Source of the DNA: Catajapyx aquilonaris
Lineage: Eukaryota
NCBI GenBank assembly: GCA_000934665.2
Contig: JYFJ02004211.1
Location: forward strand, 1 to 34,145
Direction of reading: 5' to 3'
DNA length: 34,145 nt
The translations under genes were made by a program, and so were the position numbers. Each line of letters opens with the position of its first letter. Within the stretch, counting starts at the first letter, position 1. Shown in pieces: positions 33,470 through 34,145 of this stretch. Below the pieces are notes generated by a model. It was not told the origin of the DNA, made no database searches, and saw only the letters and a list, made by a program, of their open reading frames with translations.

Positions 33470-34145
33470 TCATGTGGAATATCGATATATCGAACACAAA
33501 AATATCGCTTAAAATCGGAAAATATTGATTGATATCGAGTAAATATTGACTAGAAATCGATAAATTTAATATCAAAAATGGTTTAAAACAAAAAAAATAG
33601 TTGTTAAATCGACAGTGAGTGAATATCTAATAGAAATCTATGTATTTAATATCAAAATATTACCGAAAATCGAAAATCCGATATATTGACCGATACGGCA
33701 TCAATATCGACTATATTTCGATTTATTTAATGCCAAAAATTAGCTTTAAATAGAAAAAGTCAGTGCATTGATCTATATTCACGAATATCGATGCCTAACG
33801 AAAGTTCAATATATCGATATTCACTAAATATTTCGATTTTGTGCTATATTTCGGCGTTACGCAGGCCAAACACTATTTAATCGCCCAGTATCGGTAATTC
33901 AATTAGTTATATCAAATGTCAAAAATAGCTTTAAATCTAAAATGCGATAACTCATGAATATTCGGTGAATATCAACTTTTATTCGATACATTTATTACCA
34001 AAAGTTGCTTTAAATCGAAAATTGATATATACGAATATCGATATCTAACACCAAAAGTTCAATTTATCGATATAGGCCCAATTTTTCGATTTCATGCAAT
34101 ATTGCTATGTTACACATGCCAAATCGCCCAGTATCGATCGCCATT
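33470..34145. repeat. ATCGAT-rich degenerate repeat with ~250-bp duplication, running off the window end
   Basis: Dense atatcga/atcgat; the block acgaatatcgat...aaagttcaat...aatcgcccagtatcg occurs at ~33781 and ~34031. Confidence 0.75.

Overview
Eukaryotic (animal, most likely arthropod) genomic DNA with spliced genes in repeat-rich sequence; no prokaryotic features, CRISPR array, rRNA or true tRNA genes. It holds three genes. (1) A complete sorting nexin-27 gene (SNX27; + strand, 11 coding exons, 966-12480, 556 aa, PDZ-PX-FERM-like). (2) A complete, convergently transcribed mitochondrial electron-transfer flavoprotein alpha gene (ETFA; - strand, 5 coding exons, 16868-14905, 335 aa). (3) The 3' end of an Islet/tailup-type LIM-homeodomain gene that the ORF track misses (- strand; last coding exon 28778-28611, a 3'-UTR intron and a terminal UTR exon); its upstream exons appear to lie outside the window. 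The rest is four related tRNA-derived SINEs with target-site duplications and shuffled modules, several MITEs (one nested), probable LINE 3' ends, microsatellites and several motif-built satellites/foldback arrays. The most notable observations are the hidden tailup exons, a candidate small spliced transcript between SNX27 and ETFA, ETFA intron-1 repeats antisense to that intron's own 3' splice site, the modular SINE family, and dispersed CCTACTACCTGTG repeat-spacer arrays. All exon boundaries and repeat coordinates were read by eye; homology calls come from recalled family sequences, not database searches.
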